NCBI RefSeq assembly: GCF_006345805.1
Contig: NW_021824143.1
Span: forward strand, 1-20,664
Length of the DNA: 20,664 nt
Reading direction: 5' to 3'
From: Octopus sinensis
Taxonomy: Eukaryota
Part shown: piece by piece, positions 9,462 to 19,047 of the stretch
Layout: every line of letters starts with the position of its first letter
Position numbering within the stretch: the first letter of the stretch is position 1
Position numbers and translations under genes: made by a program
The notes under the pieces: model-generated
The model's database searches: none
Seen by the model: only the letters and a program-made list of their open reading frames with translations
What the model was told of the DNA's origin: nothing

Positions 9462-9872
9462 GGCGCATGAGTGGCTGTGTGCTAAGTAGCTTGCTTACCA
9501 ACCGCATGGTTCCGGGTTCAGTCCCACTGCGTGACATCTGGGGCAAGTGTCTTCTACTATAGCCTCGGGCCGACCAATGCCTTGTGAGTGGATTTGGTAG
9601 ACGGAAACTGAAAGAAGCCCGTCGTATATATATAATATATATATATATATGCGTGTGTGTGTTTGTGTGTCTGTGTTTGTCCCCCTAGCATTGCTTGACA
9701 ACCGATGCTGGTGTGTTTATGTCCCCGTTACTTAGCGGTTCGGCAAAAGAGACCGATAGAATAAGTACTGGGATTACAAAAGAATAAGTCCCGGGGTCGA
9801 GTTGCTCGATTAAAGGCGGTGCTCCAGCATGGCTGCAGTCAAATGACTGAAACAAGTAAAAGAGTAAAAGAG
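9462..9872 (+). mobile_element. tRNA-derived SINE family A, full-length
   Basis: A-box-like TGGCTGTGTG, B-box-like GGTTCAGTCCC, central (TA)/(TG) tract, tail gaaacaagtaaaagagtaaaagag; five copies in the window. Confidence 0.88.
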
Positions 9873-9967
9873 ATATACAGAAAGAGTGAGAGATAGAGAG
9901 AGAGAATGATATAAAATATATTTATGTGTGTGTACAAGTGTGTGTGTATGATATATATATATATATA

Positions 9968-10128
9968 TTCCCTTCTCTGGATCTTTCCTTCTCCTATGTT
10001 TCCGACGAAGAGCTCCGCTCGAAACGTTAAACCCCCTTCTTTTCTTCTTTCCTGAGCGTCCAATAATATTATATTTCGTTCCACGTCCCCGCGTTGTTGT
10101 GTTTTTTTGTGCTTTCTTGTTTGGATTA

Positions 10129-10134
<6 letters not shown>
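9968..10134 (+). mobile_element. ~165-bp (TA)n-flanked hammerhead-bearing element, copy 2
   Basis: Homologous to 68-232 with the same boundaries; (TA)n on both sides. Confidence 0.65.
9998..10032 (+). ncRNA. Minimal type I hammerhead ribozyme-like motif (U4C variant)
   Basis: GTTT(9998-10001)-CCGACGA-A-GAGC-tcc-GCTC-GAAA-CG-T-T-AAAC(10029-10032): 4-bp stem I, 4-bp stem II, palindromic ACGT stem III, GUU triplet. Confidence 0.58.
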
Positions 10135-10182
<48 letters not shown>

Positions 10183-10186
<4 letters not shown>

Positions 10187-10364
10187 GCATCCTTTTGTCT
10201 CGGGAGACAATGGAGTTGCGCATAAAATAGTCCAGTCCGGCTTTTATATTCCATGTCCTGATACATTTCCTGCTGTGGCTGTGTAGTCCTATCTTGGACA
10301 AACACTCCCCCTGGCAGGTACCGCAAATGTAGCGAAGACTGTTCCTGGCTGGTTGTAGTGCCAT
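10183..10364 (-). mobile_element. 3' end of an RTE-clade LINE
   Basis: Minus strand encodes ...YICGTCQGECLSKIGLHSHSRKC (C-terminal CxxC...IGLxSH zinc-finger-like motif of RTE ORF2) followed by the RTE-type 3' end ccattgtctcccgagacaaaaggatgccaac and (AT)n. Confidence 0.75.
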
Positions 10365-10379
10365 AATATATATATTATA

Positions 10380-10790
10380 GGCGCAGGAGTGGCTGTGTGG
10401 TAAGTAGCTTGCTAACCAACCACATGGTTCCGGGTTCAGTCCCACTGCGTGGCATCTTGGGCAAGTGTCTTCTGCTATAGTCCCGGGCCGACCAATGCCT
10501 TGTGAGTGGATTTGGTAGACGGAAACTGAAAGAAGCCTGCGTATATATGTATATATATATATAAGTGTGTGTGTATATGTTTGTGTGTCTGTGTTTGTTC
10601 CCCCAGCATTGCTTGACAACCGATGCTGGTGTGTTCACGTCCCTGTCACTCATCGGTTCGGCAAAAGAGACCGATAGAATAAGTACTAGGCTTACAAAGA
10701 ATAAGTCCTGTGGTCGATTTGCTCGACTAAAGGCGGTGCTCCAGCATGGCCGCAGTCAAATGACTGAAACAAGTAAAAGAGTAAAGAGTA
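10380..10790 (+). mobile_element. tRNA-derived SINE family A, full-length
   Basis: Matches 9462-9872 along its length. Confidence 0.88.
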
Positions 10791-10964
10791 AAGTGTATAT
10801 ATATATATAACACACATATATGCATATATTATATGCATGCATGTGTGTGTGGGTGTGTGTGTGTGTGCATGAGAGAGAGAGAAAGGTGAGAGAGAGAATG
10901 ATATAAATTATAGTTATGTGTGTGTACAAGGGTGTGTGTATGATATATATATATATATTATATA

Positions 10965-11372
10965 TAAGGGCTTAGTAAAATAAATTACTTTGCCACATAC
11001 TGAACTCATTAGAAATAGCAGCTAAAGAAATTTCTTCAGCTATTTCTAATACTTAAAGAAGATCTCTCTCAGATAGTGTTTGCCTAAACTAACTCACAAA
11101 AGTATGGGGGAAAAAACATTAAAAAATCAAGTGCAAAGGTTATTTGAGAACGTACGTTTCTAGATTAGTCAATTCGACATTTCTTTCTTCAGCTCAGAAT
11201 TCCTTGAATCGGATTTGGGAACACTTAAAGTCGGGAGCATACCCTTTCGGCTTCTAATCACCTATAGAATTCTGCTCGAACTAAGTATTAGAAATAGCTA
11301 AAGAAATTTCTTTAGCTGCTATTTCTAATGAGTTCAGTATGTGGCAAAGTAATTTATTTTACTAAGCCCTTA
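10965..11372. mobile_element. MITE with ~91-bp terminal inverted repeats, TA-flanked
   Basis: TAAGGGCTTAGTAAAATAAATTACTTTGCC...CTAATACTTA (10965-11055) is inverted at 11282-11372; non-coding ~225-bp interior. Confidence 0.82.
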
Positions 11373-11609
11373 TATTTAATGTAATATTTTGAATTCGCCT
11401 ATAATGGTCCCTTTACATACTGAACACTTGGTGAAACTGATTAATAATTAATTAATTTTACCCTCAATTGTTGAAATTATAATTCATCTCTCTTTGCTAA
11501 ATTCTGCGGTTTTCACTGTTAATACATGGTGTTTGTCAATTTTAACCCACGCTGGTGGAAAGGGGAGAGCAGAAATTCTTCGCTTGCATATTCGAATTTG
11601 ATAGCACTT

Positions 11610-12035
11610 TTAGTTCGAGCAGAATTCTATAGGTGATTAGAAGCCGAAAGGGTATGCTCCCGACTTTAAGTGTTCCCAAATCCGATTCAAGGAATTCTGA
11701 GCTGAAGAAAGAAATGTCGAATTGACTAATCTAGAAACGTACGTTCTCAATAACCTTTGCACTTGATTTTTTAATGTTTTTTCCCCCATACTTTTGTGAG
11801 TTAGTTTAGGCAAACACTATCTGAGAGAGATCTTCTTTAAGTATTAGAAATAGCTGAAGAAATTTCTTTAGCTGCTATTTCTAATGAGTTCAGTATGTGG
11901 CAAAGTAATTTTTTTACTAAGCCCTTATATATAATGTAATATTTTGAATTCGCCTATAATGGTCCCTTTACATACTGAACACTTGGTGAAACTGATTAAT
12001 AATTAATTAATTTTACCCTCAATTGTTGAAATTAT
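11610..12035. repeat. Inverted copy of the MITE left arm + interior, followed by a direct copy of the right flank
   Basis: 11610-11927 is the reverse complement of 10965-11284; 11928-12035 repeats 11373-11481. Confidence 0.9.
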
Positions 12036-12085
12036 ATATATATATATATATATATACCGCACATATATGCATATATATATACACG

Positions 12086-12130
<45 letters not shown>

Positions 12131-12565
12131 CATAATACAGTATAATATATAGTTTATATATTATATGTATGCATGTGTGTGTGTGTGTGTGTGCATGAGA
12201 GAGAGAGTGGGGGAGAGGACTGACGCGAAGAAGACGTGGGAAAGAAGTGGTTAACGGTACAATAGACTGAGGAAAGCAGTTGAAATGTTTTGTTTGATTG
12301 GTTGAGAAAAGTTAGATCCTGGCTGACAAGTTTATAACTAAATACATTATTACATTGCTTTGGATAAAAGAAAGGGAAGTACACCTTCGGAGTAGATATA
12401 AAATACATGGACCGCTGATCAACCCAGGTAAGGACACACCTTTTTTTTCTCTTACACTATTCTTGTGATACGTTGCAATCTTGATGTGGAAATAGAAATC
12501 GATGTCTTCTATTACAATTGACATATTGATATCTACATTTTATTATTATTATTATTATTAATATC

Positions 12566-12767
12566 AAGGTGGCCGAATCGTTAGCACCCGGGTTGAAATT
12601 CTTAGTGGTTTGTCGCTACGTTCTGAGTTCAATTACTGCAAATAATATTGACTTTGCTTCTCATCCTTTTGGTGTTCGTAAATTAAGTACCAGTGGTACA
12701 CTGAGGTCGATCTAATCGACCCATCCTCTCCCCTGAATTGGTTGCTCTTGCGGCAAAATTCGAAACC
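12566..12767 (+). mobile_element. Diverged SINE family C copy
   Basis: Paralog of 7370-7512 with the central part retained (aaattaagtaccag...gaggtcgatctaatcgac). Confidence 0.75.
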
Positions 12768-12802
12768 ATTATTATTATTATTATTATTATTATATTATTA
12801 TT

Positions 12803-13343
12803 GAATGAGAGAGCAGTGAATGCCATCAAAGTGAGACTGGGGTAAAATATACGAAGTCCAGTATACCCATCATGACTACCCGTCTGATAAGGGCACACTA
12901 GGCACATGCATCACAACCATATGTGCGCGACATCAAGATAAACAGCGCATGACCTTGCAGGTGGGGTCCAGTTAGAATGTTCTTCTGGTCGAGTAACCCA
13001 TCCTGCTCAAAAGGTCCCTGAATTAGGGTTGTTTAAGGACGTTGAACGAAACACCCATGTTTCCAGAGGTGAATTATTCAAACCCCAAAGAATCCCTCTC
13101 AACACACGGCTATCATGCTCCCCCACTACTTCTGCTTGTGATCAGAGATGCACATATCATCAGCCACTAAGGGACATGCTCAACTGGTCACGGTCAAACA
13201 ACTGACAAGCAAATCTGTGGTATTGAGCAGAATATTTGCTGTAGCCCATCTTTTATACCAACACAAAACAATATACATGATAACACTTCCAATCGTTTAA
13301 GATCAGAAGCCACGAGAGCCACTGTTTGGTACTACATCAGGGC

Positions 13344-13347
<4 letters not shown>
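12803..13347. mobile_element. ~550-bp (ATT)n-embedded element, copy 3
   Basis: Same ends as copies 1 and 2, more diverged; flanked by (ATT)n including the long tract 13348-13490. Confidence 0.78.
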
Positions 13348-13396
<49 letters not shown>

Positions 13397-13428
13397 TATT
13401 ATTATTATTTTATTATTTTATTATTATA

Positions 13429-13465
<37 letters not shown>

Positions 13466-13492
13466 TATTATTATTATTATTATTATTGTTAT

Positions 13493-13811
13493 CATTCAGT
13501 AATTTTATTTTTATCACGTGCTTTCACTTCTCTACCGAGCACAGCTTTGTGTGCCCTGGGTATGTGCAGTGATTTGTTGTGATGCTCTGATGGTTATTGT
13601 ATGGAAAGTGTTCTGCGTAGGATGTGTGCAGTGCCTAGTAGTGCGATTTTCTGTATGTTATGTGTTTGAAAGTCCTGGTGTTTTTGTTATGTATTTGTCT
13701 GAATATTTTTTTATCATGCCTAATGCACCTACTATGATAGGAATTGTTTCTGTTTTCAGATTCCACATTCTAGTTACCTCTATTTCCAGTTCTTTGTATT
13801 TTGAAAGTTTT
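13493..13811 (-). mobile_element. R4/Dong-like LINE 3' fragment, copy B
   Basis: KLSKYKELEIEVTRMWNLKTETIPIIVGALGMIKK (retains K..KY and GALG); 2-bp deletion shifts the frame before QKIALLGTAHILR. Confidence 0.8.
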
Positions 13812-13843
13812 ATTATTATTGTTGTTGTTGTTGTTGTTGTGTT

Positions 13844-13875
<32 letters not shown>

Positions 13876-14041
13876 AAGGCGGTGAGATGGCAGAATCATT
13901 AGCATGCTGGACGAAATGCTTAGAGTTATTTCGCCCTTTGTTACGTTCTGAGGTCTTCCTGTAAGAGATTCTTCTTTTATATTTGAGGAAACTTGTCATA
14001 TCAGGGGCCCTATTTTCGTTCCCTATATATAACTATATATA

Positions 14042-14152
14042 GGCGCAGGAGTGGTTGTGTGGTAAGTAGCTTGCTTACCAACCACATGGTTCCGGGTTCA
14101 GTCCCCTGCGTGGCACCTTGGGCAAGTGTCTTCTACTATAGCCTCGGGCTGA

Positions 14153-14203
<51 letters not shown>

Positions 14204-14802
14204 GAGGGCATTATACATACATGCCAGGAGGCATTCTACATACACGCCATACGCTAAGAGGGACAATCAGTCATTTCTACCAAAAATATTACTAATCCTA
14301 CCGAATGCAATTTTTCAAAGAAAGACATTTAAAAATATATAGACCTGTATCACAGTGATTGTCCCTCTTAGCGTATGGCGTGTATGTAGAATGCCTCCTG
14401 GCATGTATGTATAATGCCCTCTATATATAAATTAATATGTTCATAAGAAATAATTATTTTCGAAATTTTTCTCTTATGAGGTTTTTACGCTATCTACCTG
14501 ACAATTTCTTGTTAAGTTTTCCTTATTAAGTAGTTGTCCTTAATTGCTAAATCTATATATATATATATATATCTGCGTGTGTGTGTTTGTGTGTCTGTGT
14601 CTGTGTTTGTTCCCCTAGCATTTCTTGACAACCGATGCTGGTGTGTTTATGTCCCCGTTACTTAGCGGTTCGGCAAAAGAGACCGATAGAATAAGTACTG
14701 GGATTACAAAAGAATAAGTCCCGGGGTCGAGTTGCTCGATTAAAGGCGGTGCTCCAGCATGGCCGCAGTCAAATCACTGAAACAAGTAAAAGAGTAAAAG
14801 AG
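14042..14802 (+). mobile_element. SINE family A split by (TA)n, a MITE and AT-rich sequence (head 14042-14156, tail ~14574-14802)
   Basis: Head and tail match 9462-9872; intervening sequence is unrelated. Confidence 0.82.
14204..14421. mobile_element. 218-bp MITE with perfect 66-bp terminal inverted repeats in (TA)n
   Basis: 14204-14269 is the exact reverse complement of 14356-14421; TA runs on both sides. Confidence 0.85.
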
Positions 14803-15171
14803 TAACTTTCTAGTACGAAATACGTAGATGATTCTCCCAATTCTAATGACGGAACTGTCATTGGTTTGTTCCGAGGATTTTCCCGATATATTTCATCCAT
14901 TAATTCCTTTCCCAAAAATATGATCAGCGCATTTTTAAATAGAGTCGAACAGATTTAAGATAAAATGTATCCGCGTCACCACTTACACCGGACTTAGACG
15001 ATCAGCCATAGTGGCGAGCCGTACGAGGCGGATACCACTCCCGTTTAAACCGGCAAAGAAATTACGAACAATACAATGGGAAGAACAATAAATAACAACA
15101 GCGACGATGACGACGACTACAGCAACAATGACAACAATAATATTAGTAGGAAATGTGACAACTGCAACAAC

Positions 15172-15470
15172 AATGGCCCAGTGGTTAGGGCAGTGGACTC
15201 GCGGTCGGAGGATCGCGGTTTCGATTCCCAGACCGGGCGTTGTATGTGTTTATTGAGCGAAAACACCTAAAGCTTCATGAGGCTCCGGCAGGAGGTGGTG
15301 GCGACCCCTGGTGTACTCTTTCGCTCCAACTTTCTCTCACTCTTTCTTCCTGTTTCTTGTCCCCGACTTCCTACGCAACCGCTGAGCCTGGATGCGCATT
15401 CATCCATCCGTCGATGGTGTCGGGGATTGACCTGCTTTATTGAGCGAAAACACCTAAAGCTCCTCGAGGA
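15172..15470 (+). mobile_element. tRNA-derived SINE family B, partial
   Basis: TGGCCCAGTGGTTAGGGCAGTGGACTCG...GGTTTCGATTCCC tRNA-like head; body matches 15891-16240. Confidence 0.82.
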
Positions 15471-15511
15471 GATCTGGCTGTTATTTCTAGCCTACCTATT
15501 ATACATTAGAT

Positions 15512-15876
15512 AATGAAGTCCTTGATACACTATGTCTGAATAAAAGATGGGATGGTTACAGCATCTTTGATCATAGGTCAGCTGGACCATGACTGACCTA
15601 GGGCTAAACAACATATACATAGTCACATATACACTATCACTGAATAAAATGGAAGGGTCACAGCTGGAACATATTTGATCATATGTCTGCTAGATTAGGA
15701 TTGGCCTAGGGCTAAACAGCAACAACTATAGCCACTAAAACTAACTACTATAATATGCATTAATGTAGTCCGGATACACTATTATGAATATCTGATGGGA
15801 TGGTCATAGGTGGAGCGCTTTTGATCATGGCTCTGCTGAATCAAGGTTTACCTGTGGTTAAACAACAACAACAACA
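15512..15876 (+). repeat. Three diverged ~100-115-bp direct repeats ending in ctaaacaac
   Basis: Shared tacactat...atgg.a.ggt.a.ag...tttgatcat...ggctaaaca(a/g)c skeleton at ~15512-15612, ~15629-15727, ~15761-15876. Confidence 0.6.
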
Positions 15877-15890
15877 GCTGCAGCAGAGGA

Positions 15891-16275
15891 GGCGCAATGG
15901 CCCAGTGGTTAGGGCAGTGGACTCGTGGTCGGAGTGTCGTGGTTTCGATTCCCAGACCGGGCGTTGTGTGTGTTTATTGAGCGTAAAGACCTCCAACAGG
16001 GGGTGGTGGCGACCCCTGTTGTACTCTTTCGCCCCAATTTTCTCTCACTCTTTCTTTTTGTTTTTTTTGTCCCCGACTTCCCAAGCAACCGCTGAGCCTG
16101 GATGCGCATTCATCCATCCGTCGATGCTCTCGGTGTCGGGGGTTGACCTGCTCTCTCTTCTGCGGGTCTTACGAATAGCAAAGGACCACGCTTCGGATTT
16201 CTCTCACTCTGGGACGAAGACTGCTTCGTTCCACAAACAAACGAACAGCAACAACAACAACAACAACAACAACAG
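15891..16275 (+). mobile_element. tRNA-derived SINE family B with (CAA)n tail
   Basis: GGCGCAATGGCCCAGTGGTTAGGGCAGTGG head with A/B-box-like motifs; (CAA)n tail from ~16245. Confidence 0.85.
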
Positions 16276-16526
16276 TGGTAACGAAACAACAGGAACAATA
16301 ACAGTGTAATCAGCAGCAGCAATAACGCAACATATAAACAATGGCGCCGAACGCAGCAGCAGCAGCAGCAACCGGAGAAACCCGTGAAAGCTTCCACATC
16401 AGCAGCAGCCACGGCGATTAAAAAACAAAAACATTAACAAAGAAAACAACCGCAACGTTCACATCAGCAGCAGCCGCCACGATTGAGAAAACATTAATAA
16501 CATGAATGAGAAGAACACGAACATAT

Positions 16527-18050
16527 AAGGTGGCAGAAACGTTAGCACGCCGGGCGAAATGCTTTGCGGTATTTCGTATGCCGTTACGTTCTGAGATCGA
16601 ATTCCGCCGAGGTCGACTTTGCCTTTCACCCTTTCGGGGTCGATTAAATAAGTACCAGTTACGCACTGGGGTCGATATAATCGACTTAATCCCTTTGTCT
16701 GTTCTTGTTTGTTCTCTCTGTGTTTAGCCCCTTGTGGGTAGTAAAGAAATAGGTATTTCGTTTGACGTTACGTTCTGAGATCGAATTCCGCCGAGGTCGA
16801 CTTTGCCTTTCATCCTTTCGGGGTCGATTAAATAAGTACCAGTTACGCACTAGGGTCGATGTAATAAACTTAATCCCTTTGTCTGTCCTTGTTTGTCCCC
16901 TCTATAATTAGCCCCTTGTGGGTAGTAGAGAAATAGTTATTTCGTCTGCCACTACATTCTGAGTTCAAATTCCGACGAGGTCGACTTTGCCTTTCACCCT
17001 TTCGGGGTCGATTAAATAAGTACCAGTTACGCACTGGGGTCGATGTAATCAACTTTATCCCTTTGTCTGTTCTTGTTTGTTCTCTCTGTGTTTAGTCCCT
17101 TGTGGGTAGTAAAGAAATAGTTATTTCGTTTGCCACTACGTTCTGAGTTCAAATTCCGACGAGGTCGACTTTGCCTTTCATCATTTCGGGGTCTATTAAA
17201 TAAGTACAAGTTACGCATTGGGGTCGATGTAGTCAACTTAATCCCTTTGTCTGTTCTTGTTTGTTCTCTCTGTGTTTAGCCCCTTGTGGGTAGTAAAGAA
17301 ATAGTTATTTCGTCTGCCACTACATTCTGAGTTCAAATTCCGACGAGGTCGACTTTGCCTTTCACCCTTTCGGGGTCGATTAAATAAGTACCAGTTACGC
17401 ACTGGGGTCGATGTAATCAACTTTATCCCTTTGTCTGTTCTTGTTTGTTCTCTCTCTGTGTTTAGTCCCTTGTGGGTAGTAAAGAAATAGTTATTTCGTT
17501 TGCCACTACGTTCTGAGTTCAAATTCCGACGAGGTCGACTTTGCCTTTCATCATTTCGGGGTCTATTAAATAAGTACAAGTTACGCACTGGGGTCGATGT
17601 AGTCAACTTAATCCCTTTGTCTGTTCTTGTTTGTTCTCTCTGTGTTTAGCCCCTTGTGGGTAGTAAAGAAATAGTTATTTCGTCTGCCACTACGTTCTGA
17701 GTTCAAATTCCGAGGAGGTCGAATTTGCCTTTCATCCTTTCGGGGTCGATTAAATAAGTACCAGTTACGCACTGGGGTCGATGTGATCGACTGAATACCT
17801 TTGTCTGTCCTTGTTTGTTCTCTCTGTGTTTAGCCCCTTGTGGGTAGTAAAGAAATAGTTATTTCGTCTGCCACTACGTTCTGAGTTCAAATCCGAGGAG
17901 GTCGAATTTGCCTTTCATCCTTTCGGGGTCGATTAAATAAGTACCAGTTACGCACTGGGGTCGATGTGATCGACTGAATACCTTTGTCTGTCCTTGTTTG
18001 TTCTCTCTGTGTTTAGCCCCTTGTGGGTAGTAAGAAATAGTTATTTCGTC
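16527..18050 (+). repeat. SINE family C head followed by a tandem array of 8 complete ~184-bp SINE-derived units
   Basis: Unit starts at 16568, 16752, 16936, 17120, 17304, 17490, 17674, 17858, partial at 18040; periods 184,184,184,184,186,184,184,182. Confidence 0.95.
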
Positions 18051-18053
18051 TGA

Positions 18054-18116
18054 GACTGAACCCGGGACCATGTGGTTGGTAAGCAAGCTACTTACCACAC
18101 AGCCAACTCCTACGCC
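18054..18116 (-). mobile_element. SINE family A head fragment
   Basis: Reverse complement of ggcg.aggagt.ggctgtgtggtaagtagcttgcttaccaaccacatggt.ccgggttcagtc. Confidence 0.8.
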
Positions 18117-18894
18117 TAAGAATTTTTCTTGTATTATTTTGTAAAATTCGGAAAGGTTTTAATTAACAGTTTGTCCTTGCGGATTTGACGATGAAATTCT
18201 CCCTACTCCGCCTCGGTTTTATTTGTATCTTCAATTAAGGAGTCTATCAACTCCTTGTTTTAGTTCACAATAGGAAAGTTGATGGATACGTTTAGTATAC
18301 AGTTTAAATTGTTGTTTTAATAATTTCAGTTTTGGTTTTTGCAGAGTTTACATGGTTCTTACTGATATTGATAATGCTGTTACCGTTATTGATGTTGCAG
18401 TTGTTGTTGTTGGAGCTATTGAGAAGTGTTCTGTTGAAGTGTTGTATATTCGAAGTTACTCTCTGTACCCCACTCCGTTTTCGCTTTCTCTTTTTGGAGA
18501 TTATTTGGCACCTTTTGACCTGATATTTTCCCCTCCAAATCACTTTCAAGGCATCGGTGGGGGACGGGCAAGTCTTGTAGAAAGAACTATTTAGGTTGTT
18601 GTTGTTGTTGTTGTTGGTTTGGAGAGCAGGACGTTTGGGAAGAGCTTGAGCTTCAGTGAGAGCAAGGAGTAAACATTTCCGCTGCCGATGCTCCTGTGTA
18701 GGAGCCCTCAGCCATTCATGGAGCCATTGTGGTTGTGGCTTCAGTTTCTTTAATTGAGGGCAGAAAGATGAGTGTGATGTTGTTTGACAGTAACTTCGTG
18801 AGGAGTTGGAGAATAACTTCATAAAATATCCCAAGGGATTCGGAAGGGAGACGAAGTGTTGATGGAAAGCAAAAACAGCAAAAATAGCAAGAAC

Positions 18895-18897
<3 letters not shown>

Positions 18898-18944
<47 letters not shown>

Positions 18945-18951
18945 TATATAT

Positions 18952-18990
<39 letters not shown>
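18898..18990. repeat. (CA)n followed by (TG)n microsatellites
   Basis: (CA)n 18898-18940, short spacer, (TG)n 18955-18990. Confidence 0.95.
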
Positions 18991-18993
<3 letters not shown>

Positions 18994-19047
18994 ATGTGTG
19001 TTTGTGTGTATGTTTCTATTTGTGTATGTGTGTGCAAGGGCGATTGA

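Larger units (their letters stand above)
6925..9872 (+). repeat. Local segmental duplication, copy A (paralog 12128-14802)
   Basis: Same ordered content as 12128-14802: backbone, unique 7022-7340 segment, SINE, (ATT)n, 560-bp element, Dong/R4 fragment, (GTT)n, SINE head, unique spacer, SINE. Confidence 0.9.
12128..14802 (+). repeat. Local segmental duplication, copy B (paralog 6925-9872)
   Basis: Collinear with copy A; has one copy of the 560-bp element and an extra (TA)n/MITE insertion in the terminal SINE. Confidence 0.9.

Noticed and set aside
9810-10619. 269-aa ORF as a gene
   Set aside because: It is a chance read-through of antisense SINE A, the RTE 3' end, (TA)n and the hammerhead element.
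14810-14960. Short stop-free stretch on the minus strand (…LGKELMDEIYRENPRNKP…)
   Set aside because: About 50 codons, no motif I can recognise and no convincing splice sites.
15891-15965. tRNA genes (also at 15172, 9462, 10380, 14042, 19477)
   Set aside because: tRNA-like A/B boxes run directly into shared SINE bodies and tails; no complete cloverleaf with acceptor stem.
16280-16500. PolyQ/polyA coding region in CAG/CAA-rich sequence
   Set aside because: Interrupted simple trinucleotide repeats next to a SINE tail, no sustained open frame or splice signals.
16568-18050. CRISPR-like regular array
   Set aside because: Whole 184-bp units repeat with no unique spacers, the unit derives from a SINE, and the context is eukaryotic with no cas genes.
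18304-18939. 211-aa minus-strand ORF and overlapping 80-aa plus-strand ORF after an acceptor-like ttttgcag at 18344
   Set aside because: Starts in (TG)n, includes poly-N from (GTT)n, no recognisable domain, and no good donor for the plus-strand candidate.
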